Shown here piece by piece: positions 54,883 to 63,841 of a DNA stretch of 64,000 nucleotides. Position numbers and translations under genes: made by a program. Each line of letters starts with the position of its first letter. Position 1 is the stretch's first letter. The notes under the pieces are model-generated. The model was not told where the DNA came from and did no database searches. It worked only from the letters and a program-made list of their open reading frames with translations. Source of the stretch: Firmicutes bacterium ADurb.Bin080 (lineage in GTDB: Bacteria > Bacillota > Clostridia > Christensenellales > DTU072); contig MWEH01000151.1 in NCBI GenBank assembly GCA_002070965.1, positions 2,252 through 66,251 of the forward strand, written 5' to 3'.

Positions 54883-55311
54883 TTATTTGTTATAGAAATA
54901 TTCCAAAGCTTCTGAATATCCTTGAAAACCTTTGCCCAATATTATCTTCTCTGCATACAAGGAAATGAAAGAAAAATGTCTGAACTCCTCACGCTTAGAA
55001 ATATCAGTTAAATGAACCTCAACTGTGGGAATATTAACCGCTTTTAATGCATCAAGTATTGCCAAGCTTGTATGAGTAAAAGCTCCTGCGTTTATTATAA
55101 TACCATCATATCTTCCCAAAGCGTTTTGAATCAAAGTCACTATCTCTCCCTCATAGTTGCTTTGAAATGCCTCAGCTTTGATCCCCCTAATTTGAGCTTG
55201 TTCATAAATATGATTTACTAGATCATCATAGGTCTTATTTCCGTAAATATCTCTTTCTCGTATCCCTAACATATTTATATTGGGACCATTAATAACTAAT
55301 ATCGTTTTCAT
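54883..55311 (-). CDS. aroQ: 3-dehydroquinate dehydratase, type II
   Basis: 142-aa ORF with ILVINGPN.N.LG.RE..IYG, a later NAGA.THTS motif. Confidence 0.92.
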   Translation of the reverse strand: MKTILVINGPNINMLGIRERDIYGNKTYDDLVNHIYEQAQIRGIKAEAFQSNYEGEIVTLIQNALGRYDGIIINAGAFTHTSLAILDALKAVNIPTVEVHLTDISKREEFRHFSFISLYAEKIILGKGFQGYSEALEYFYNK

Positions 55312-56527
55312 AAATCTCCTTTATTTCTTTTGCGACTTCAAGATTAATTGAGTTATTTAAAACTGAAACATTGGATATATCTGCATATAGGTGCATTCTA
55401 TCTGACTCAATCTTTTTCAAAGCGTTAATGTCCCTCGACAAGGGTCTTCCTTCCATTTCCAAGTCCGAAATATCCCTTCTTATCCATACTACATATCCAT
55501 TTCTTCTAATAGAATCCCTGTTGTCTTCTTTTAATACGGCTCCGCCTCCAGTAGCAATTACATACCCCAAATTACTACAGGCTTCATTCAATAATTGGCT
55601 CTCTATTTCCCTAAAATAGGTTTCTCCCTTAAGTTCGAAAAGATCAGGAATTTTCCTCCCCTCTTTTTTCTCTATCTGCTCGTCTATATCTATGAATGGT
55701 CGATTCATTAATCTTGCCAGTTCTTTACCAATAGTAGTCTTTCCAGACCCAGGCATTCCAACAAGGACCAGATTAGTATGAGCAATAAGTGTTTTTCTGA
55801 AAAGCTCTTCTGTCAGTGTATCTGGCAATATTTTTCCAAGATACAACTCCGCCGCCTTTTTTGCTTGAGCTACAAGCATATAAAGCCCGTTTGCTGATGG
55901 TATTTTAATTTTTTCTGCTTCTTCTTTAAGCTTGGTTTTCAATGGGTTGTATACAGCATCATACACCCCGGAGAGTCTTGGAAAACGTTTTAAATCAATC
56001 GGAATTTCGTTTGTTATCGGGAACATTCCAACTGGCGTCGTGTTTATGATAATATCTGTACAGTTGTATTCATAGCAATTGTTATAATTGATTTCACCCT
56101 CGCGAGAAACCTTAACAATGCTTGCAGCTGCTTCGCTTCGCGAAAAGTATTCCGCAGTGGCAGCGGTGCCCCCGGTTCCCAATATTAAAACATTCTTTCC
56201 CCATATAGAAATACCCGCTTTCTTAAACGCTTGTCTCATCCCTTCTACATCGGTGTTGTATCCATAACTCTTGCCATCTTTTTTTACAACAGTATTGACT
56301 GCTCCAACCTTTTTTGCAATATCATCCACATAGTCCAGATGACTAATAATCGATTTTTTGTAAGGGATAGTAACGTTGTATCCATCATAAGTGTTATTTA
56401 CCACAAAATTTTTTAACTCTGTTTCATCAACTAATTCACTTACCCCGTAATCAAAACCCATGTTCTTATATAAGAATGGGGAAAGTGTATGTGGTAGCTT
56501 TTTCCCTATTACACAATACTTAGCCAA
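55289..56527 (-). CDS. Bifunctional shikimate dehydrogenase / shikimate kinase fusion
   Basis: 412-aa ORF. The N-terminal 250 aa or so are AroE-like (SPF.., NVT.P.K, NTD, GTGG). The C-terminal 160 aa or so are AroK-like (LVGMPGSGKTTIG Walker A, GGG motif). Confidence 0.88.
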   Translation of the reverse strand: MAKYCVIGKKLPHTLSPFLYKNMGFDYGVSELVDETELKNFVVNNTYDGYNVTIPYKKSIISHLDYVDDIAKKVGAVNTVVKKDGKSYGYNTDVEGMRQAFKKAGISIWGKNVLILGTGGTAATAEYFSRSEAAASIVKVSREGEINYNNCYEYNCTDIIINTTPVGMFPITNEIPIDLKRFPRLSGVYDAVYNPLKTKLKEEAEKIKIPSANGLYMLVAQAKKAAELYLGKILPDTLTEELFRKTLIAHTNLVLVGMPGSGKTTIGKELARLMNRPFIDIDEQIEKKEGRKIPDLFELKGETYFREIESQLLNEACSNLGYVIATGGGAVLKEDNRDSIRRNGYVVWIRRDISDLEMEGRPLSRDINALKKIESDRMHLYADISNVSVLNNSINLEVAKEIKEIYENDISY

Positions 56528-56591
56528 TTTATCACCTCAATATTTTTCATTATAAAATAAAGCAAAAACTTTCGGAAGATGTTAATTTAAA

Positions 56592-57734
56592 CTAGTCGAC
56601 TTCTCTGTAACATCCCAAAAATACAAATTGTTCTGTATTTAGATCAAGTTCAGCAAGTAAGTTTTGAACAACCATATTTTCTATTTCAGCATCAAAATCA
56701 AAATAAAAGCCAAATTCAAAAACACTATCTGGTATAGGCCTACTTTCAAGTTTTGTCAGATTAAGCCCAAGAGTTGCAAATTTGTTAAGCATTTTATTTA
56801 GACTTCCCGCTCGATGGGGAAGATGTACAAATATACTTATCTTTTCGGATTTTTCATATATTTGTAACTCGGGAGCAATAACTATAAACCTCGTATAATT
56901 ATTATCCTTATCCTGAATATACTGTTTGACCACTGACAAACCATAAAGCTCAGCACACTCTTTTGAGGAAATACACGCAATATCCCTTCTCTCCGAATCA
57001 CGTACGATTTTTGCCGCTACTGCAGTATTACTAACCACAGTTACCTTTACATCTTTTAATGATTTTAAGAATATTGCGCTTTGAGCAATTGCTTGTTCAT
57101 GAGAAAAAATTTCTTTTATATCCTTTATCTCCACTCCTCTTTTTGCAAGAAGGTTATGCTTAACATGAAGTTTTATACTTCTGACAATATAAAACCTGTG
57201 CTTTCTCATCAAATCATAGACTTCATTGATGCTTCCTACTGAACTATTTTCTATAGGAAGAATCCCGAACTGACAAAATTTCTTTTCAATGGCCCCGAAA
57301 ACTCCCTCAAAATCCTTAAAATACATAATGTTATTAATTGGGAAAACTTTGTCTGCGGCCATATTTGAATAAGATCCTTCAGCCCCTTGACAAGCGACAT
57401 TTGCATTTACAGGAAACTTCAATATTCCTTTTGTGATTTTTTCTTTAATTTCCGTAAGTAAATCTGATTTTAGCTCAAGATATCCACTCTGATAGGCCTT
57501 GCTTGTCTCGAATAATGTTTCAAAAAACTGCTTTGCGTAAAGTTTTATTTCGTCTTCAAGACTCTCTGTAACACGATTAATAATCTCCTTTTCTCTTTGT
57601 GGATTTTCCAAAGGAGACCCCGTTTTTTTCTTGAAAAGTGCGACTTCCTTAGCGAGAATCATCCTTTTTTCATACAAGGAAACCATATTATCATCAATTT
57701 CATCTATTTTTTTTCGTATTTCATCCAATTCCAT
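56592..57734 (-). CDS. pheA: Bifunctional chorismate mutase / prephenate dehydratase (P-protein) with a C-terminal ACT domain
   Basis: 380-aa ORF. It has an N-terminal AroQ-class CM helix (LDEIRKKIDEIDDNMVSLYEKR), a PDT domain (…GILPIENSS.G…) and an ACT-like end with an ESRP motif. Confidence 0.88.
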   Translation of the reverse strand: MELDEIRKKIDEIDDNMVSLYEKRMILAKEVALFKKKTGSPLENPQREKEIINRVTESLEDEIKLYAKQFFETLFETSKAYQSGYLELKSDLLTEIKEKITKGILKFPVNANVACQGAEGSYSNMAADKVFPINNIMYFKDFEGVFGAIEKKFCQFGILPIENSSVGSINEVYDLMRKHRFYIVRSIKLHVKHNLLAKRGVEIKDIKEIFSHEQAIAQSAIFLKSLKDVKVTVVSNTAVAAKIVRDSERRDIACISSKECAELYGLSVVKQYIQDKDNNYTRFIVIAPELQIYEKSEKISIFVHLPHRAGSLNKMLNKFATLGLNLTKLESRPIPDSVFEFGFYFDFDAEIENMVVQNLLAELDLNTEQFVFLGCYREVD

Positions 57735-57794
57735 TTTTCTCTCCCTTTTTACTTATATATTGTTAGTTCCCATAAAGAAATATACCTAAGAATT

Positions 57795-58874
57795 TCATTT
57801 TTTATCCAAAATAGCATCCATTATCGCAAGTGCAACAGCCGACTCTATGCAAGGAACCGCTCTTGGTACAATACAAGCATCATGTCTGCCTTTAATACTT
57901 ATTTGTACTTCTTCTCCAGTTTTCAAATTAACCGTATTCTGAATCTTCCCAATTGAGGGTGTTGGACGTATCGCGACTCTTAGAGTAATAGGCATCCCAT
58001 TGGAAATTCCGCCATTTATTCCCCCGCTGTTATTTGTCTTTGTTTCAACTTTCCCACCTCTCATTATAAAGGGATCATTCGCTTCACTCCCTCTCATCTC
58101 CGTAATATCAAACCCTCGGCCAAATTCAATTGCCTTAACTGCAGGAACACCAAATACTGAAGAGGAAATCCTGCTCTCCATCCCTAATTGCATTGTATCC
58201 CCAATACCAGCGGTCAAACCAAAGACTATGCATTCTATTATTCCGCCGACGCTGTCCATTTCCTTTTTAGCTTTTTCAACTTCAGCCCTCATTTTTTCTC
58301 TTGAATCATCCTCGAAAGCCGGGATTGGGAAATTTTGTATGGATCTTATCTCATTTAGGGATATTTCCCTCTCCTGGTAACTTAATCCCTTAATTTTTCC
58401 AATTGACGTTACATAAGCCAAAACTTCGATCCCTTTTTTTGATAAATATTCTTTAGCTATATATCCAGCGATGCAAAATGGGGCAGTCATTCTTCCCGAA
58501 AACCTTCCTCCACCAGTTGAAAACCCCTTCTTCCCCGATTGAATATATGAAACATAATCAGCGTGAGAGGGTCTTGGGGTAAACGAAAGTTCATCGTAGG
58601 GAGTAGCTTTTATATCTGTATTTTTTATAATTGCCTTCAATGACTCTCCATTGGTCTCATTGTTGGTCAGCCCTTCCAAAAAAATGGGAATATCAGCCTC
58701 TTTTCTCTCAGTACTGTGAGCACCTTTACCTGCTTTTCTCCTGTCTAAAAATAAATTTAATTTTTCAATATCAACTTGAATTCCTTCGGGTGCACCTTGA
58801 AATACCAAACCTATTTCAGCAGAGTGTGATTCTCCGAAAATATCGATTTCTATATTTCTGTAATTTGATTTCAC
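57795..58874 (-). CDS. aroC: Chorismate synthase
   Basis: 359-aa ORF with GESHS, RPSHAD, GGGR.S.R and RHD.C motifs. Confidence 0.92.
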   Translation of the reverse strand: MKSNYRNIEIDIFGESHSAEIGLVFQGAPEGIQVDIEKLNLFLDRRKAGKGAHSTERKEADIPIFLEGLTNNETNGESLKAIIKNTDIKATPYDELSFTPRPSHADYVSYIQSGKKGFSTGGGRFSGRMTAPFCIAGYIAKEYLSKKGIEVLAYVTSIGKIKGLSYQEREISLNEIRSIQNFPIPAFEDDSREKMRAEVEKAKKEMDSVGGIIECIVFGLTAGIGDTMQLGMESRISSSVFGVPAVKAIEFGRGFDITEMRGSEANDPFIMRGGKVETKTNNSGGINGGISNGMPITLRVAIRPTPSIGKIQNTVNLKTGEEVQISIKGRHDACIVPRAVPCIESAVALAIMDAILDKK

Positions 58875-58954
58875 TTTTCTCTCCCATGTGGTGTTTAATA
58901 TATTAATTACTCTAAAACTATTTTCTATTTTCCTAAACTAACCCTTCTTGAGTA

Positions 58955-59066
58955 CTTATTCTCTGTATCGGATGGTATTAATAATCTCGTAGATATTTCG
59001 TTTTTTAGCACTTATTCTCTGTATCGGATGCTATTAATTATCTCGTATATATTTAATTTATTATTA
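58955..59066. repeat. Tandem direct repeat, 56-nt unit x 2, abutting the aroA stop codon
   Basis: Units at 58955-59010 and 59011-59066 share the first 44 nt or so (cttattctctgtatcggatgNtattaatNatctcgtaNatattt) with 3 mismatches. The second unit ends on the aroA stop (59064-59066). Confidence 0.8.
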
Positions 59067-60350
59067 AAATTCTTCAACAGTTCCCCCCAGCATTTCGAAG
59101 TCGCGGAAAAAATCAGGATATGATTTGTTAATTGCCTGAGCCCCCCATATCGATACTGTCTCTTGTGTTCCGACTACCGCTATGGCCTCGCTCATAACCA
59201 TCCGATGGTCATTAAACCCTGGAAGTTCTCCTCCTTTAATTTGTCCCCCGATGATATATAATTTATCATCCTCACTCTCAGCATCGACTCCAAACACCCT
59301 TAGTATCTCTAATATAGCAGATAATCTGTCACTTTCCTTTAAGCGAAGTCTTTCTGTCTCAGCGATAATGGATTTTCCCTCTGCTCTTGCAAGCAGTATG
59401 GACATTATGGGCACTATATCTGGGCAATTCTTTGCAGAAAATTCCAAGCTCTCTATTTTTCCTTGAGAAAATACTATGCCATTGTTCTCGACTAGTACAT
59501 TCCCACCAGCTTTTTTAAGTAGATCCATTACTATTCTATCCCCTTGTTTGGAAAGCGGGTTTAGTCCAAATATCTTAATTCTTCCTGAAAGAGCACCTGC
59601 AACAGCATAAAAACAAGCACCGCTCCAATCTGCTTCTAAAGAAATCTCACCTGGAGAAGTATATCTCTCATTCCCTTTTATTATGAATCCATCGGAGGTT
59701 TTTTGGGGGAAAATTCCAAATTGATTCAATACATCTAGAGTAATATCTAAATAACTTGCCGAAACTGCATTACCTTGTACCGTTATTCTACTTTCTTTTC
59801 CAAGAATTGGTAAGGATAATAACAATCCAGTGATATACTGCGAGCTAATTTCCCCATTTATTTCATAGTCTCCGGGAACCAATTTTCCACAAACGGAAAA
59901 GGGTATCTCCTCACGGTCGAAATTTGCTCCGTGTCTTTTCAATGAGTCTACGAGCTCGGAGATAGGTCTTTTACTTAATCGTTCACTCCCTTTGAAGCGA
60001 GCAGACACTCCAAGAGCCGCAGCAAGTGGAAGCATAAAACGTAAGGTTGAGCCACTTTCTGAAACATTTAGTACAGGTCTATCGATTCTTATACTATTCA
60101 ATGGATAAATAACAGTTTTGTTCTCTGATTTACGATCGAATACGACACCCAGAGAGGACAAGCAATCTATGGTCGCCTTAATATCTTCTCCAATTAGCCT
60201 TCCATTCACAGTGGTTGGACGGTCAGATAGAGCACATGCAATTAAAACCCTATGTGCATAAGACTTAGAAATAGGTACTGTTATCTCCCCATTCAATCCT
60301 TTTTTTGCACTTAATCTTAAGTTTATATCTTTTATCTCATTCATAATCAA
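59064..60350 (-). CDS. aroA: 3-phosphoshikimate 1-carboxyvinyltransferase (EPSP synthase)
   Basis: 428-aa ORF with SKSYAHR, ESGSTLRF and DHRM motifs. Confidence 0.92.
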   Translation of the reverse strand: MIMNEIKDINLRLSAKKGLNGEITVPISKSYAHRVLIACALSDRPTTVNGRLIGEDIKATIDCLSSLGVVFDRKSENKTVIYPLNSIRIDRPVLNVSESGSTLRFMLPLAAALGVSARFKGSERLSKRPISELVDSLKRHGANFDREEIPFSVCGKLVPGDYEINGEISSQYITGLLLSLPILGKESRITVQGNAVSASYLDITLDVLNQFGIFPQKTSDGFIIKGNERYTSPGEISLEADWSGACFYAVAGALSGRIKIFGLNPLSKQGDRIVMDLLKKAGGNVLVENNGIVFSQGKIESLEFSAKNCPDIVPIMSILLARAEGKSIIAETERLRLKESDRLSAILEILRVFGVDAESEDDKLYIIGGQIKGGELPGFNDHRMVMSEAIAVVGTQETVSIWGAQAINKSYPDFFRDFEMLGGTVEEF

Positions 60351-60434
60351 ACCATCATAACCTTTTTCCCTGAAAGTAAAACCTCTCTTTCTATATCGAA
60401 AATATGTCTTCCTTTCAGAATTACAACTTTTTTA

Positions 60435-61502
60435 CTAGTTTATTTTTCTGTTTGGGTCGTGTCCAAAAAACCGACATAACTCATCCTGGCTCAGATTAAC
60501 TAGTTCGCAATTACCTATTCCTTTTACGGTTACAATATTTATTTTATTTCCTGGTTCAGCTTTTTTATCATTTCGAGCGGCTGAAAGCAAATCTCCACAC
60601 TTATATGGTACAGTAACATCAAATTTATATTTTTTTATTAGATTTATTATTCTTTCTCTTTCATGTTTAGCAAGTGCGACAGCACCTGGAGCCGTAATTA
60701 ACATATATAGACCTTTTACTACGGCTAGTCCGTGAGGAACTGTGTATTTTGAAAGCTTTTCAATCGCATGCCCCATAGTGTGGCCTAAGTTTAAAATCAT
60801 CCTGTTTCCTCTTTCTCTTTCATCATTCTCTACAACACTTGCTTTGTACTTTATACATAGTTCCAAGAATCTATCTTCATTACTTTCATCTAAGCCTTTT
60901 TCTAAAATTTCTAAAATTTCACCTCCCGCCAATACTGCATATTTTATCCCTTCTCCTATTCCGTTAATTTTTTCTTCGTTGGGTAAATCCCGGAATGTGT
61001 CAGTATCGCACAATACCAATTTGGGTTGATAAAAAGTCCCTACATAGTTTTTCCCTTCGGGGAGATCAATTCCATTTTTCCCTCCGATTGCAGCATCGAT
61101 TGCAGAAAGAAGCGTTGTAGGGATTTGTATGAAATCTATCCCTCTCATATATGTACTTGCAACAAAACCAGTTATATCTCCGACAACACCCCCACCAAGT
61201 GCTATTAATGCGTCTTTCCTTGTATACTCCCTGGCGGCCATGTCTCTTACTATTTGGACATATGTTCCAATGTTTTTACTTTTTTCTCCAACCTTAATGG
61301 GATAAATGCAGGCATCTAAACCCGCTTTTTCTAGAGAAGAGAGTAGTTTAGTCCCGTATAGTTTTGCGACTTTTTCATCGCTAATAACCATGATTTTTCT
61401 TGCTGGTGAAATCAAATTAACATAGTTTCCTGCTTCGCATATAAGTCCCTTTGAAATCAGAACTTTATACCCTTTTACAGTATTCACTTTTATCTCTATC
61501 AT
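60435..61502 (-). CDS. aroB: 3-dehydroquinate synthase
   Basis: 355-aa ORF with GGGVVGD.TGF.A, LNLGHT.GHA and HG.AV motifs. Confidence 0.92.
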   Translation of the reverse strand: MIEIKVNTVKGYKVLISKGLICEAGNYVNLISPARKIMVISDEKVAKLYGTKLLSSLEKAGLDACIYPIKVGEKSKNIGTYVQIVRDMAAREYTRKDALIALGGGVVGDITGFVASTYMRGIDFIQIPTTLLSAIDAAIGGKNGIDLPEGKNYVGTFYQPKLVLCDTDTFRDLPNEEKINGIGEGIKYAVLAGGEILEILEKGLDESNEDRFLELCIKYKASVVENDERERGNRMILNLGHTMGHAIEKLSKYTVPHGLAVVKGLYMLITAPGAVALAKHERERIINLIKKYKFDVTVPYKCGDLLSAARNDKKAEPGNKINIVTVKGIGNCELVNLSQDELCRFFGHDPNRKIN

Positions 61503-61547
61503 ATTTTCCTCCTTGTCATTTGAAATATATATCTCAATTTACATTAT

Positions 61548-61716
61548 TCTTTTTCCACTAATAACCCATTCATTTAACTGATCTTTACCTTAGGTAATTA
61601 GTTTTTCCCAATTTTATTAACTGGTTCGTTTTTACTCACTAATCTTTTTTTTACTTTAGATACTTAGTTATTCCCCAATGTGATTAAACTGGTTCGTATT
61701 TACTCACTAATCTTTT
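61548..61716. repeat. Tandem direct repeat, 66-nt unit x about 2.5, duplicating the 3' end and stop codon of tyrA
   Basis: Units start at about 61584 and about 61650 (tttacYttagRtaMttagtt.ttcccaat.t.attaaactggttcgtWtttactcactaatctttt), with a partial copy at 61548-61583. The second unit carries the real stop (61700-61702) and the last 5 codons or so. Confidence 0.8.
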
Positions 61717-62557
61717 CCTTGGCAAGTTTATCCGCATACTCCTTCCGTTTCACCCCTTCAGACAATAATCTTTCGAGTTCCTGGAAATTCTCCCCTGAAA
61801 TAGCTTCTTTATACTCCGACAAGTGTTCTATTAATTGAGAAATCTCCTCAAGAAGATAATCCTTATTAGACATAAACAGCTGTGTCCACATATTGGGGTT
61901 TAATTTCGCTACCCTTGTTAAATCTTTAAAGCTTCCTGCTGAAAAGCCATGGTGTTCCTTTGACATTGGACTTTTCACATAGGAGCTTGACACTATGTGA
62001 GCAAGCTGAGAGGTATATGCTATTACCTTATCGTGATAATCTGCAGATGCAGTGACTACACCTTCACATCCTATTTCTTTAAAAAGGTTCTTTACTTTCA
62101 CTAAAGCCTCAATTCCAGTGTGAACGGGAGTTATTATGAAATAAGCTTTTTCAAAAAGAGATGTAGTTGAGTGCGCTATCCCGGAAAATTCCCTTCCAGC
62201 CATAGGATGAACTCCCAAAAACTCAACTTCAGGATAAATTTTCTTGAGCTCCTCCATTTTTGAAACAATTGTTCTCTTAACCCCGCAAGTATCAGTAATA
62301 ACCGCACCTCGCTTAAGCTTCGCGGGAAGTTCTTCAAGCAAATTCAGTGTCTGGTATGGGTTGACTGCAATTATTACTAAGTCCGCCCTAGAAATATTAT
62401 TATCATCTATCTCTTCATGGTATGCTCCCAGCATTTTAGCCTTTAGCATTGACGAAGGATCAATGTCACAAGCTATAACATAATGTTTGGTGTTTTTTAC
62501 AATGGTTCTACCAATTGATCCACCAATTAGACCCATTCCATATATTGCAATTATCAT
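61700..62557 (-). CDS. tyrA: Prephenate dehydrogenase
   Basis: 285-aa ORF with IAIYGMGLIGGS (Rossmann), HPMAG and a helical C-terminal dimerisation domain. Confidence 0.88.
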   Translation of the reverse strand: MIIAIYGMGLIGGSIGRTIVKNTKHYVIACDIDPSSMLKAKMLGAYHEEIDDNNISRADLVIIAVNPYQTLNLLEELPAKLKRGAVITDTCGVKRTIVSKMEELKKIYPEVEFLGVHPMAGREFSGIAHSTTSLFEKAYFIITPVHTGIEALVKVKNLFKEIGCEGVVTASADYHDKVIAYTSQLAHIVSSSYVKSPMSKEHHGFSAGSFKDLTRVAKLNPNMWTQLFMSNKDYLLEEISQLIEHLSEYKEAISGENFQELERLLSEGVKRKEYADKLAKEKISE

Positions 62558-62620
62558 ATTCTACCCCTAAATACTTTTTCTCATTTTATATAATCAGACT
62601 AAAGCGCGAATTATGTTCCG

Positions 62621-63634
62621 TTAACTTCTGATTTTATTAACCAAAGGAAGCATTACATCCATTTTTCTCTGAAGCGCCAGAAATTGCTCAGGAGTTATGG
62701 CTTGTGGGCCGTCGCACAGAGCACACGCAGGATTGTTGTGAACCTCGATCATTAATCCGTCTGCCCCAGCTCCTATAGAGGCAAGGGACATAGGTTCAAC
62801 CAGTCTTGAAAGACCTGATGCATGAGACGGATCTACAATGACTGGAAGATGTGTCTTCTCTTTCACTAAAGGTATTGCTGATAAGTCAAGAGTGTTTCTT
62901 GTATATGTTTCGAAGGTCCTTATTCCTCTTTCGCATAGTATCACTTCCATATTTCCACCACTCATAATATATTCAGCACTCATAAGCCATTCTTCTATAG
63001 TATTTGCAAGGCCCCTTTTTAAGAGAATTGGTTTTTTAAGTTTTCCAAGTTCCTTAAGAAGTTCAAAATTTTGCATATTTCTTGCTCCAACCTGGATAAC
63101 ATCCACATCCAAAAAGGCATCGATATACTTCTCGCTCATTATTTCTGTAACAATGGGCATTCCTGTTTCTTCTCTCGCCTTTTTTAGTATTTCTAAACCA
63201 TCTAGTTTCATGCCTTGGAAGGAATAAGGCGAAGTCCTTGGTTTGAATGCTCCCCCTCTTAATAGCCCCGCTCCAGCTTCCTTGACAGCTTCAGCGATTG
63301 AAATAACCTGTTCCTCGGACTCAACTGCACAAGGTCCAGCTATTACTTGGAAGTATTTCCCACCGAATTTTCGCCCTGAAACATCTATAATTGTGTCATC
63401 CGGATGGAATTTCCTATTTGCATTCTTATATGGTTCTTGTATTCTAGTTACTGATTCGACGATATCCAAAGACCTAACCAAGTCAATATCAACCTTTGAC
63501 GTATCTCCAATTAGTCCAATTACTGCAGTCTTTTCTCCTTGACTAAAATGTATCCCAAGTCCTAAACTCTTTATCCAGTTTGTCAGGTTTTCTATTTGTT
63601 TTTTTTCTTGATTATCTTTTATTACTATTATCAT
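62621..63634 (-). CDS. aroF: 3-deoxy-7-phosphoheptulonate (DAHP) synthase, type I-beta, with an N-terminal ferredoxin-like regulatory domain
   Basis: 337-aa ORF. An N-terminal FL/ACT-like domain of about 65 aa is followed by AGPC.VES, KPRTSPY.FQG and a DPSH motif. Confidence 0.9.
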   Translation of the reverse strand: MIIVIKDNQEKKQIENLTNWIKSLGLGIHFSQGEKTAVIGLIGDTSKVDIDLVRSLDIVESVTRIQEPYKNANRKFHPDDTIIDVSGRKFGGKYFQVIAGPCAVESEEQVISIAEAVKEAGAGLLRGGAFKPRTSPYSFQGMKLDGLEILKKAREETGMPIVTEIMSEKYIDAFLDVDVIQVGARNMQNFELLKELGKLKKPILLKRGLANTIEEWLMSAEYIMSGGNMEVILCERGIRTFETYTRNTLDLSAIPLVKEKTHLPVIVDPSHASGLSRLVEPMSLASIGAGADGLMIEVHNNPACALCDGPQAITPEQFLALQRKMDVMLPLVNKIRS

Positions 63635-63653
63635 AATTTCCTCCCTAAGTTAT

Positions 63654-63677
63654 AAAAAAACCACCTATTTGGTGGCC
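63654..63677 (-). terminator. Attenuator terminator in the aro operon leader
   Basis: On the minus strand, GG-CCACC-aaata-GGTGG-UUUUUUU: 5 G/C-rich pairs plus 2 possible G-U pairs, followed by U7. It ends 20 nt before the aroF RBS. Confidence 0.6.
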
Positions 63678-63720
63678 TTATCCATTAATCTTTAATTTAA
63701 TTAATTAAACTTGACCACAA

Positions 63721-63789
63721 CTAAAAAGGGCTTCTAAAATAGTAGCCGTAAAAATAATTGAAGGTCATTTTGCTTTTTTGCAAGTTCAT
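63721..63789 (-). CDS. Candidate leader peptide MNLQKSKMTFNYFYGYYFRSPF (22 aa, 4 Phe + 4 Tyr)
   Basis: Hand translation. ATG at 63789 lies 6 nt after AGGAGA, and TAG is at 63721-63723. Seven of nine consecutive residues (FNYFYGYYF) are aromatic. It is located between a promoter and a terminator upstream of the aro/pheA/tyrA operon. Confidence 0.6.
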   Translation of the reverse strand: MNLQKSKMTFNYFYGYYFRSPF

Positions 63790-63811
63790 TTTCTCTCCTG
63801 AATGTATTATT

Positions 63812-63841
63812 AGTATATTCTTAGCCTAGTTCTTTTGTCAA
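63812..63841 (-). promoter_or_regulatory. Promoter TTGACA-18-TATACT of the aro operon leader
   Basis: On the minus strand, TTGACA (63836-63841), 18-nt spacer, TATACT (63812-63817). Confidence 0.5.
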
